Below the pieces are notes generated by a model that did not search any database, was not told the DNA's origin, and worked only from the letters and a program-made list of their open reading frames with translations. Positions 1-11,599 of a stretch of DNA of 64,000 nt are shown piece after piece. Origin of the DNA: Chiloscyllium plagiosum. Taxonomy: Eukaryota. A program made the position numbers and the translations under genes. The DNA is taken from assembly GCF_004010195.1 (NCBI RefSeq), contig NC_057728.1:46590645-46654644 (forward strand), written 5' to 3'. Each line of letters starts with the position of its first letter. The first letter of the stretch is position 1.

Positions 1-397
1 ACTTCATTGCCTTAATATTTAAGTGGCAATCTTAAGGCAAATTTTCTGATCAGTACATTTAATCACATGGATGAAGAATATCATGCCATATATGGAGCCA
101 TTTTGGCTTTCCATCCAGTTAAACTAATGTGAGTTCTCCATTACATGAGCATTTTCAATGCTGTGAGATCCAGCCAACCCTTTACACTGCTATACAAGAT
201 GACAAGAAATAACCCTCCAGTTCAATGTGAAATACTGTACAAGGTATCAAGAACCCTTGAGAATTTTGAGATAGTGTAATTCAAGCTGATATACAAAAAG
301 AATTTTGGTTACATTTCATCGAGAATGCAACTACAGAATTAAATGCAGTCTACAAAACGAAAGCAAGACTGATATCTAAAACCGCCACACAGATTTC

Positions 398-600
398 CTA
401 GAGTCAAAACAAACCGCAGATGCTGGAATCCAAAGTAGACAGGCAGGAGGTTGGAAAAACATAGCAAGCCAGGCAGCATCAGGAGGTGGAGAAGTCACTG
501 TTTCACGTGTAACCCTTCTTCAGGAGACTTGAAACATCTACTTCTCGACCTCCTGTTGCTGCCTGGCTTGCTGAGTTCTTCCAACCTCCTGCCTGTCTAC
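398..600. mobile_element. Penelope-derived fold-back (inverted pseudo-LTR) mini-insertion
   Basis: Inverted arms gtagacaggcaggaggttggaa...ttccaacctcctgcctgtctac; degenerate hammerhead core on the minus strand; TSD acacagatttc at 387-397 and 599-609. Confidence 0.75.
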
Positions 601-1228
601 ACAGATTTCTCAAGCACTTTAAAGTATAATATTCATGTATTGTTTCAAAAAAACATTTTTTGTTACATTCATATGGAAATCTCAGCAACACTATTTTTAA
701 ACTTTAACTGAACATTTTCAACTAAACTATAAATTGTTCACTCTCTGTGATATAAGCAGAATAGAACATTACTTGTTTTAGTACCATTCAATGAAACCAA
801 CATTCATAGAAATCTGCCTTCCAATCAATAAATATTAGCTTGCTGATTGCTATACTGTATGATAGTATATATTTGTGCTCATAATGTATTCATGCATTTG
901 AGGTGGAATGGTCTATATTACAATCTGCATTTGTAACAGTAGTGCATGCTGCAAATTCTCTCTTTGCTATATGTGACAATGCATGGTCATTTTAATAACT
1001 GTTAGCTGTGATGGAATCCTTTTCGCCAGTGTGTGCCTTGCCCCTTACCTAATATGTTTGACATTGTTGCTGCTTTGCCATGCCTTGTTTGTTTATTGAT
1101 AAGAAATTAGGATTTGAAAGGTCATATCATCCATAATCTTGCATGTCTCTATTATGAATTCAGATTGTAGAATGTTTTGAACTAGCAGTATACATTCAGT
1201 ACAATAAATAGAATGGTGATGTGAACAG

Positions 1229-1393
1229 TGTTGTCAGGTGAAGACAGTGCAGGAAGTGACCAACCACTATCTCCTGAAGAGAGGCTTCCAATCAGACGGT
1301 CTAGCACCAGGGACAAAAACAGAAGCGGGGGAACATGTTTCTTGCTGACAACAGGTGATTATGCGTGTGCTACTGATGGAGGGATCAGGAAAG
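1229..1393 (+). CDS. KCNC2: KCNC2 (Kv3.2) penultimate coding exon, 165 nt, phase 1 at both ends
   Basis: Translates (V)[54 protein letters not shown], matching the Kv3.2 C-terminal region I recall ([55 protein letters not shown]). Acceptor AG at 1227-1228, donor GTATGC at 1394. Confidence 0.93.
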
Positions 1394-2139
1394 GTATGCA
1401 ATTCTTAGAAAGCTCAAATTAACTTTTGACATTAAATACATAAACTAATTTAGAAAATGTGCATTTCTCATATCATACTTTTCTGTGCAGTCATTTTTCT
1501 TGTAATGCATTAGCTAATGAACATCCTGGTATACATTTTTAAGTGTGCATTTGTGTATGTTTTAAATCTAATCAAATTACAGTCAGTTCTCACACATCTA
1601 AGTTAATCAGTTAGCACAGACATATCCTGATAGTTCACCTTTAATATTTAACCCATAAGATGCATTCCATTGCTTGATCATTTAGAATGGCACAGACTAT
1701 CCTGAGCCAAGCAAATTTTGATCTTCTCATTTGCCTTTACCTCAGTTTATTAATTAAGTAAGAATGCAAACTATATTTTTCTAATTTCTATTCAATGAAG
1801 TAATTTCAAAAGGTATTAATTTCAGAAATGCCTTTCTGTTTCAAAATGTTTTTCTCAACTGGTCAGAATTAACCATGCTATAAAAATATTTAGTATCCTC
1901 TTAAAGGCAAGAAATGCAAATTTCTTTGTGCTCCTTTCTGCACTTTTTTATTACATTCCTTAAAGTTATTTTTTGCACAGAGGCAGCTATAATCCCAGAT
2001 CACTCTTAATGTGCCTGGTTCTAACCAAATTAGCTTATAATTTAGAAGACCACTTTTGATTGCATTGCATTTTGTAATGTTGTTTTTATGGCTGTTAACT
2101 GTTGCAAACTGATATCTGTGCATTTCTCTTTCCGTATAA

Positions 2140-2277
<138 letters not shown>

Positions 2278-2880
2278 ACAAGCATAGAATAATTTATTCA
2301 AGTTAACTTCTACTGCATTATAATATAATTGAAACAGCAGCTTTAAGTGTAGACTTACTAGTAAGACTTAAAACCTGCATGATATAATTGTAAATATAAA
2401 GATAGCTGAAGTTTCTGACCTTTGCACTTAATCTTTGCAAAGTAATGCTTCTTGCTTATATGTTAATTTTACTGCATTACCGTTACAAACTAAGGGCATT
2501 TAAAGATCTGCTTAGCCACTATGTTCAATGACAAGTGTTTTTCAGGGAGATACTGAATACAAACATGTGCTTCCAAATGATATCACTCCATTGGAACTTC
2601 ATTTCTGTGACTTTGATCCATTTCGAAGATGTCTTGACTTCTGTCTGAGTCCACACAATGTGGCTTGGGTTAAATCATTTGCATGGAACATTCTGTCTCA
2701 TCGTCTGCAAGCAATGTGCACTTTCTGGAACGTGGAGGCTCTGGATATATGTGTGTATTGCACCATTTGCTGACAAAAACATTGACCAACTGTTCTGCAT
2801 GTTGGGATTTATTACTGTTCTGTAGAGCAGATGAGTAATGAAGTTTATAGAACTGAGTGTTTCCAATTGTTTACATGCAG

Positions 2881-2942
2881 ATAACTGCAAAGATGTTGTC
2901 TTTACTGGTTACACGCAAGCAGAGACAAGCGCTCATTCTTAA
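2881..2942 (+). CDS. KCNC2: KCNC2 alternative terminal exon, Kv3.2a-type C-terminus
   Basis: Acceptor ttacatgcag ends at 2880. The phase-1 join gives DNCKDVVFTGYTQAETSAHS* (TAA 2940-2942), similar to Kv3.2a DNCKDVVITGYTQAEARSLT. Confidence 0.88.
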
Positions 2943-3930
2943 TGGCTTCAGGAAGGCACAAACATGAAAAGAGGTAACATATCCATCATCTGGGGTAACA
3001 TTTCAATCCAACAAGAAATGCCTAGCTGGTTTAGCTGAAACCTTACTGGACATTCATATCCATGTCTTAATTAACAACTTCTATATGTACCTGTTAACTA
3101 GATGAGTTACTGTGTATATAGTTCTATTCCAATAAGCATGAACTGCATGATAACTTCTTGTAAAATATGTATCAATGGAAATATACATTTCTGATATTTA
3201 GAGATGTACATTGTTCAATTTTGTTAACATCATCAGAAAATATATTTTAAAGATTTCAGCAATGGATTTAATATAATATTGGTGCTGCTGTTACTGCAGT
3301 GTTATACTGGTATCAAGGATTTTAGACTTTTGAAAAGGTAAAGGGATTTTAGCCATATTAAGGATTTCTCTGGACAAATGCTGCATATGAAGTGGTGTTA
3401 AGCACAGTTTGTCTCGGAAGTGTCATTGGTAAGACTTAAATTGAGTTAAATATCATTTTACAAATGCAAGTATCTGGAATCAGTTGTCAATGAAGTAAAT
3501 AAGTGGTAAAGTGGATGAGCTAATTATAAATATTGTATAAATGCGGTATAGGGTGCTTTAGCTGTTTACTGAGGCAGGATCTAGTTATGCTGAAATCAGT
3601 CATTACTGAAACTGTATATAAAACATGTATATCATTGATAATAGCAATGTTTTTCTGTATTAACTCTGTTCCCTGCAATAAGTCTACACTTTAGTGCTAT
3701 AGACATGTACAAGCACGCAAATACAGGAAACACTGCTGGATAAAATAAAATTTTAAAAATCATCTGGCATTTAATCATATCCATCTTGAATTATTTTCTG
3801 CTATTTTTGTGAAGTCGTTAATACAAAATATTTTTGTGCAATTTTGTTACAATCTATTGTTATTGTTCAATATTTTATGTTTGTGAACATATGGACATAT
3901 TAAACATTTATTTTTTAATTTACTGTATGT
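2943..3930 (+). other. KCNC2: KCNC2 3' UTR with candidate polyadenylation signals
   Basis: AT-rich, repeat-free sequence after the last stop. AATAAA at 3744-3749 and ATTAAA at 3899-3904, each followed by T/GT-rich tracts. Confidence 0.6.
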
Positions 3931-4232
3931 TTTTGTGGTCTGTAATGTACATGATCTGAGTAGAGTCTACAAATCCTTATACTGTTTGTCTCATATTCAT
4001 AGGCAAGATGATGAATGAGAATATATAATTCCTTGTTAGTCACTTAAATTAACTGCACTGCAAAGTCTTATTGCTCTAAATGTGACAGGAGGGCTGAATG
4101 GCCTCCTTCCATGAGGTACTCCTTCGATAAAATTAGCTTGTTATTTTCGAGAATCGGATGACATAAACCAATAGATGATCAAACTCTCTAACACCTTTTA
4201 AATCAAAAAATTAAAACCACAGTGAAGCCAAA

Positions 4233-6640
4233 ATGAAAATTGAGGATAGAAGCCGCAGTGTTTACCCAGCAAGGTGACTAAATGATAAACTGCAAAAGTA
4301 CACTCTAACTATCAGAGAGATTAACAGAAATAAATATGACATTTTCACTTGATTAGAATAGGTTCAGGCATAGAAATAAAACTCAAACATATTTACTTTT
4401 GTCCTTTGGTGATATGACACTTTACAGTAACATGATGAGAAAGATCTGTTATATCAAAACAAAATAATTAGTTCTGGCACTATTGCCGCGTCCATGGCTG
4501 CAGTACCCATTCTTGTTGGATAGGTTAGATTTCTTGTTCATTGTTGATCATGTAGTTGCTAAGATTGCTTTTGCAATGCCTTGCATATCTCTGACGTGAC
4601 TGTAAGGAAGATAGGTACCTGGATTTAAACAGTCAGGATATTCTACCATTATCATGCTTGGAATTAAAAGAGGATAGGTTATTAAATGTGACATAGAATA
4701 GGCCACACCATTGAGCTCATGTTCAAAGTATGTCACTGATCCAAGTATGACTTTTTTCCCCAAAATATCAGCAATTACAGCTTCAGAGGAGGTACTATCC
4801 ACCAGTTTGAATTACTGATTAATTAGTTATATTAAAGACTGTATTGGGAGACACAGTGGAGAAAGTGAGGACTGCAGATACTGGAGATCAGAGTCGAGAG
4901 CTTGGTGCTGGAAAAGCACAGCAGGTCAGGCAGCATCAAGGATCAAGAGAATCAACGTTTCAGGCAAGAGCTGTTCATCAGAATGAAGGGCTCTTGCCCA
5001 AAACATCGATTCTCCTGCTCCTCAAATGCTGCCTGACCTACTGTGCTTTTCCAGCACCAAGTTCTCGACTTGGGAGATACAGTTCTGCTAGGGTCAAGTG
5101 TTCTCTTTGGTTGAGCTCAATTTCCACTAAATAATAGCATATTGAACAAAAGTGAATTTGAAAGTTTCAAATCACAGTTGATGTTGAGATTTAATGAGGC
5201 TTTTTAATGGTCATTTTTAACCTGTTGAAATTTGGGAGCGCCACTATCAGGGCCTTGCATTAGTACTGAAATTTTCCTTAAAGAGGCATTGGAGATAAAC
5301 CATTTCTCATATTTTCTACTGCTACAACTTTATGGGATATTTCAGGTGCATTATTTGTGCCTTGGATCTGCAAACACATTCATCCCATTACACAGGAAAG
5401 CAAGATGTACAGCAGAAGTGATTGTGCTGGTCTTTGCACCAAATAAGTAAATAATAAGGGGAACAATAAAAGTGTGGTCAGATGTTAATTTCACAGATTA
5501 ACTAGATGTTTGAATTGCTCCAGTTTAATGCTTCTGTTGTCATTGATTAATGTAATTTTGTAAAACATTGAAACTACTGAAATGTGACTGTGATAACCTC
5601 ATCAGTTATTTTATATTTTCTATCCCTGGAAATAGATGACCAGAAAAAGAATCAAGTATTTAAAATAGGCATGAGATGGTGGAAGAATGATTTTCTCAAC
5701 AAAGTACCTGAAGCTGTCATTATAATTTTTGGCGATAGCATTAAAAAAGAGAATGAGAATGTGGGACTGATGTATAAGATGCAGCTTATCCAATAACAGA
5801 TGGATAGTCCAATATCAACTGTTTATTGTTATCACAAAAACATGAAATTATCACAAGAGATTCACAGAAATCAAAATTACTGACAAAAAGTGGGGGGGGG
5901 GCGGAATGCAGGGTGGAGAGTTGCTTCAGTTGCTCAGCCATGAAGGTGGCCAATGTTGTGCTACGTGGGGTTGGGGGGGCACAGATGTTTGGTGTTGTCA
6001 GAATTGTTTCAATCACAAAGATAAGGAAGACCCTCCTGTTCACAAGCCTTTTTTTTCAAGAGTTTCAAAGATTTGTTCATTAGGCGGCACCCACCAAGAG
6101 AAAATATTTTGAGGATTTAAAGAGGCCTTACTGATTTTGACATTGAGTATGAGTCTGTCTCAGGGTATGAGACAGTGACTGCTAAGATCAATTGTTCTCT
6201 TTAGTTGAGCTCAATTTCCATTAATTAACAGGGTATTGCGCAAGATCGAATTTGAAAGTCTCAGACCACAGTTGATGTTGAGATTTAGTGAGGTTTTTTT
6301 TAATGGTCATTTTTAACCTGTTTAAATTTGGGAGCACCATTATCAGGGCCTTGCATTAGTACTGAATTTTTTCTTAGAGAGGCATTAAAGATAAACCACT
6401 TTTGCTTGAAATAAGGAGGACATTTCTCATATTGTCCACTGCTGTAACTTTATGGGTTATTTCGGTTGCATTACTTTTGCTTTGGATCTGCAAACACATT
6501 CATCCAATTACACAGGAAAGCAAGATGTACAAGTGGTGAGACTCAGTTTGAGAAGCCCTGTTTTAGGTGAGCACATTTATATTAAACAGAATAACATCAT
6601 TCATATATAGAATATAAAAGGACAGAATTATAATAATGGA
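4233..6640 (+). pseudogene. Decayed endogenous viral element: Mononegavirales (pneumovirus/paramyxovirus-like) L polymerase, N-terminal half plus internal duplication
   Basis: Ordered motifs across frameshifts: ATG 4233 then VYPAR*LN (4260); DRLDFLFIVDHVVAKI (4519); LLQLYGIFQ (LYG at 5328); IIRG..VW (5451); KKENENVGLMYKMQ (5743); QLLSHEGGQCCA (5927); QMFGV/SELFQ (5982); DPP (6029); SLGG (6077). Second copy: YESVSGYETV/LLRSIVL (6148), LYGLFRL (6448), FIYRI/IKGQNYN (6600). Compared by eye with remembered RSV, VSV and paramyxovirus L sequences. Confidence 0.7.
4858..5069. mobile_element. Penelope-derived fold-back mini-insertion inside the viral element
   Basis: Inverted arms (ggtgctggaaaagcacagcaggtcaggcagcat and its reverse complement). 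14-bp TSD ttgggagaYacagt at 4844-4857 and 5070-5083. Same terminal sequence as the 3' end of the Penelope fragment near 42800-42885. Confidence 0.85.
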
Positions 6641-8484
6641 GCTGTGATTCTACCTGAGTACCAGTTCAATACACCTGGCATCATTTTCACCTCATTGCTG
6701 TCAAATGTTACCCCCACTCTCGCCCCACCCACCCCACCCCAACCATCTTTCATGCCCAACGCCTCCCATCTTGATGCTCGTAACTTCAAACTTCATTCTG
6801 TGACTTGGGTGCTTCAGAATGATGCAGATCAGGGATACTTAAAATGGATGAGAAGAAACTTAAAGGTCAGAACTCACTTGTCCCTGAGTGACATTGCCTA
6901 TAGTGAGAAAGTCAGGAAAATCAGATGCAGTGACAATTGAGGATCTTCTTAACGCAAAGATCAAAAAGACCCATTTTTTGGCCAAGTGTTGGATGATGCG
7001 ACAGGATTCTCACTAGTCGGCTGTGAAAGTCTATTTGCATGGATTATTTCTCAATGTGATCTTCATTAGTATCTTATCTCAACTCATTTATATGCAAACA
7101 ACATCCTTCCATCCGATAGAAACCAGATATTCCTGACATGAAAGTCAGGGTGGTAACCTAGAGACCCTTTTCTTGCCATGTGCTCCTCCAAGCATTCCCC
7201 TTGGACAGCAGTCACCAAGGTCACAGGGAGCGTACCATGGGCTGTCACACTGTACAACCCACACCGATAGACATTGGCACCAAACTTATACCAGCCTTAC
7301 TGTACCATAAGTGGCCATCTCTGATCCTCTTACAGTGCATGTCTGTACCTCAGTGTTGCACTTCAGACTGTTCTGGCACCTTTCATTACAATGCTGCTGC
7401 CTGGACACTTTGCATTCAGGGCAGGCAACTTACTCATGGACTAGACCAGGCTGCATCTAAGGGCTCCTCATTTGCTTTCTTAGCACTCACACACTTTGTG
7501 CCTACTTTGATGCCCATAACACCCCTATCTTGTCTTGCCTTTTGGTGCTTTGATGCTTCAGCCGCAGCTAAAAGATTCACAGTCTTTCTGCCTGGCCTTC
7601 CTGCTTCGTGCAGACACAAAGCCAAACAGCTTCTCCTGATTGTCGGTAGTCATCAGTTAGGGGGATGAGCATCCTGTTATACAGCAGCTTACTACATCAA
7701 TCTTACAACTACACAGTGTACCACCTGTGTATTTAACATTCTTAAATTGAATATCTTCAGTCAAGTCAAGGGAGACATGCTTCAGTCAGTGAGCCCCATA
7801 CAACAAGTTAAGATCAGCGTTCGATATCAGACCCGGGGCTTAAGCATGTTCAGTCCATCACCCAGGAGCAGGGGACGTCAATATCTCTACAGTCTGGGGA
7901 ATGGGCCACAGTCAACCCAATGGCGCCAGTGCAACAGGCCACGGAGTTGGAGGAAGACGGTCAGGGAGTTTTACAAGGGTCTAGTGACTCCAATTGAAGC
8001 TGTCCAGCAAAGTTGCTCTGTAGGCTTCAATCGTGGTCAGTCCAGTGAAACTCAAGGGGAATAATTGGGGGCCACTACTGCAAGAGATAAGCCGAGCTAT
8101 TTAACTGTATGAATAGCAGGATTGGAGGCAGCATTTTCAAATTCAGAAAGGATTACAGTTGTGAAATGGGAAGCATAAAATGTGATAGAGCATTGAAAGG
8201 AAAAGATTAATGTGAGAGGGGGGGATTCATTAACTGGAAGCAGACCTCTGGTTTCCATAGAGTGACAGTGCACTCCCACACCTGGTCTGTTTACTTGATA
8301 TGCTTGCGGTTGGGGCATAAATTGGTGTGATGAAGATTTAGAGAAATTGGGAGGGAACTTGGGAAAGTTCAAAGCCCGTGGGATTCACAGGAAAGGGAAT
8401 GTGCACATTTGGTTATTCATCAATTGTAAGGGCTTAACCTTGAGATTCACTGGTTCCTTGCATTGTGCTGTGAATAACAACTGT

Positions 8485-11400
8485 AGAATTCAGTTCAAAT
8501 CTTGAATTAAAAGTATAATGATGATTATATAACCATTGTTGATTGTGATAAAACATATATGTGGCTCATTAATGGCCTTTAAGAAAGGAAAACTATTGTC
8601 CTTCCCTGGTCTGGCTTACATGCTGTTCCAGACCTACAGCAATATAGTTGACTCTTACCTGCTCTTTGAATGGCTAGCAAACCACTTGGTTGCATCAACC
8701 ACCAAAATGTCTCAGAAAAGGAATCAAACTCCTTGAACTACTTGGCCTATGCACCAGAAATGACAATGACAAACTCAACCCTGTCACCCTTGCAAACTTC
8801 TCTGTGTCAATATCTGTGAGCTTGTGTGAAAATCAGGACAGCTGGTTCGCAACTAGTGAACTCACAGCCTGACATCGTCATACGCTCAGAATCATACCTT
8901 ATAAACAATGTTCCAGACACCATAAATCCCTGGATATGCCCTGTCCCATCAGTAGGATAGAACCAACAGAGGTGTAGGCACAATGGTATAGAGTCAAGTC
9001 AGAGTTGCCCTATGAGTCCTCAACATTGACTTCAGATAGTATGAAGTCTCAGAGCACCAGATAAACAGGGACAAGGAAACCTGCTGAGTACCACGTTCCA
9101 TCTTTCTTGACTGGTGAATCAGTACTCCTGCATGTTGAACAACACTTGGAGGAAGCACCGAGGGTGACAAGGGTGCAGAATGTACTCTGAGAGGAGGACT
9201 TCAAGGTCAACACCAAGAGTGTCTCAGCAGCACAACTACTGGCCAAATGTTTTGGGTACTGAAAGCCAAAGCTTCTGGACTTGGTCTGTGGAAGGTGGTG
9301 ACGAAACCAACATGGACAAAAAAACATATTTGACTTCATTGCTATCAACTGGCCTGCCATAGATACATCTGACTGCAGCACTATCGGTAAGAGTGACCAC
9401 CGCACGGTCCATTTGAAGATGCGGGTTCATCTTCACATTGAGGATGAGCTCCATCATATTTTGTGATATGGTTCAGACTGATCTGGCAACTCAAGATTGG
9501 GCATCCATGAGGTGCTCTGGTCACTGGCAGCAACAGAATTTGTGTTCTAAAATAATTTGCAACCTCTTGGCCTGGCATATTCCCCACAGTACTAATACCA
9601 TTAAATCAAAGGATCAACTCTGGTTGAATGAAGAATGCAAGAGTGCATAACAGGAGCAAAATTCAGTATGCGTAACAGTATATCTAACATCAACCTAGTG
9701 AAGGTACATCACAAGATGACTTACATAAAAGTGATAGGCAGAGCTAAGCAACTTGGCTAAAAAGATTATATCTAAGCTCTGCAGTCCTGCCACATACAAT
9801 CGTGAATGGTGGTAGCAGTCAAACAACTCACTAGAAGAGGAAGTTCCACAAATATCCCCATCCTCACTGAGGGGGCGGTCCAGCACATAAATGAAAAAGG
9901 TAAGGTTAATACAATTGCAACAATCTTCAGTCAGAAGTGCTGAGTGGATGATCCATCTCAGCCTCCTACAACGGTCCCCCATGTCACAGATACCAATCTT
10001 CAGCAAATCAATTCACTTCACATAATGTCAAGAAACAGTGGAGGCCCTGAATACTGCAAAGGCTACACGTCCTGACGTCATTCGAGCAAAAGTGCTAAAC
10101 AAGAGCGCTCCACAACTAGCCATGCATCTCAAAAGACTTTTCCAATACAGTTATAATACTGGCACCTGTCCAACAATGTGGAAAATTGCCCAGGTATATC
10201 CTGTACACAGAAACCAGGATAGCTCCAACCTTGCCAATTATTGTTCCATCAGCCTACTCTTGATCATCAGTAAAGTGATGGAAGATGTCATCAGCAGCGC
10301 TATCAAGCAACACCTGCTCAGCGATTATGTGCTCAGTGATGCCCAGTTTGGGTTCAATCAGGGCCACTCAGCTCCTGATCTCATTACAGCCTTGGTTCAA
10401 ACATGGTGAAAAGAGCTGAATTCCTGAAGTGAGATGAAGATGAGTGCACTTGACATCAAAGCTGTACTTGACCAAACGTGGCATGAAGGAACCCAATCAT
10501 AACTGGTGTAATTTTGAAATGGAGGACAGCTCTCCACTGGTTGGAGTCATACCTGACACACAGCAGGAAGGTTGTGGTTGTTGGAGGTCAGTTATCTCAG
10601 CCCCAGGACACCACTGCAGGAGGTCGTCAGGCTAATGTCCTCATCCTAACCATCTTCAGCTGCTTCAGCTATGACCTTCCCTTCATAAATAATGTTCGAA
10701 ATGTTCGCTGATGATTGTACAATGTTTAGTACCATTTGCAACTCCTCAGATACTGAAGCAGTCAATGTCCTGATACGGAAAGACAAGGACAATATGCAGG
10801 TTTAGGCTGATAATTGGCAAGTAACATTCACACCACATGAGAACCAGTAATAACCATCTACGGCAAGAGAGAATCGAACAATAACCTGTTGACTCAATGG
10901 CATTACTTTTGCTGAATCCTCCACTAGCAACATCTTGGGGATTACTATGAATCAGAAGCCGAACTGAACAAGTCATACAACAGTGGCTATTCGAGAAGGT
11001 GATTGGCTAGGATTCCTGCAATGAGTAACTGATTCCCTGACTCCCCAAGGTCTGTCCACCTTCTCCAAAGCATAAGTCAGGAGTGTGTTGGAATACTGTA
11101 CCCTGGATGGGTGCAGCCCCAACAACACTCAAGAAACTTCACACCATCCAGGACAAAGCAGCCCACTCGGTGGGCCCACAGCATCACAACTACAAACATC
11201 CACTGCTTCCACCACTGAGAATCAGTAACAAAAGCGTGTTCCATTTATAACATGCACAGCGGAAATTCACCAAGGTTCCTTATACAGCACCTTCCAAACC
11301 CACGACCATTTCCATCTATAAGGACAAGGGCAGCAGAAATACCAGAACACCACCACTTCAAGTTCCCCTCCATGTTGCTCACATTCCCGACTTGGAGATA

Positions 11401-11596
11401 TATAATTGTTCCTTCCCTATCACTGGGTCAAAATCTTGGAATTCTCTGCCTAAAGGCCTTGTGGGTCAAACTCCAGCACATGGACTGCAGCAGTTCAAGA
11501 GGGCAGCTCACCGCCACCTTCTCAAGGGCAACTAGGGGTGGGCAATAAAAACTGGCCCAGCCAACAGTGCCCACATCAGAAGAATGAATTTAAAAA
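8485..11596 (+). mobile_element. Near full-length decayed CR1/L2-group LINE (APE endonuclease + RT)
   Basis: Endonuclease remnants ~8800-9420 (GKSDHRTV). RT motifs WKIAQVYPVH, NYCSISLL, DAQFGFNQGHS (ORF 10038-10409) and MFADD near 10701. 3' tail aagggcaactaggggtgggcaataaaa...gaatgaatttaaaa. Confidence 0.85.
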
Positions 11597-11599
11597 TGG

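Noticed and set aside
1006..1032. Possible 27-nt frame-preserving KCNC2 microexon (AVMESFSPV)
   Set aside because: The donor would be a poor GTGCCT; not supportable without RNA-seq.
2528..2773. 81-aa + strand ORF between the two KCNC2 terminal exons
   Set aside because: The acceptor at 2545 would enter this frame in phase 0, which is incompatible with the phase-1 donor at 1393. No recognisable homology.
4600..4690. SQDILPLSCLELKEDRLL resembling VSV L EQDIFSLLNIYRIGDKIV
   Set aside because: Spacing to the next motif is about 50 codons too long, so it may be chance. Not counted as evidence for the viral call.
4548..4802. 84-aa minus-strand ORF with a faint resemblance to paramyxovirus F or Helitron motifs
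   Set aside because: It lacks the conserved cysteines of F, and the collinear L motifs are on the + strand, so it is most likely an antisense shadow.
5070..6535. Direct repeats read as the LTR pair of a small retroelement
   Set aside because: No TG...CA termini, primer-binding site, polypurine tract or TSD, and the repeats carry L-like coding motifs.
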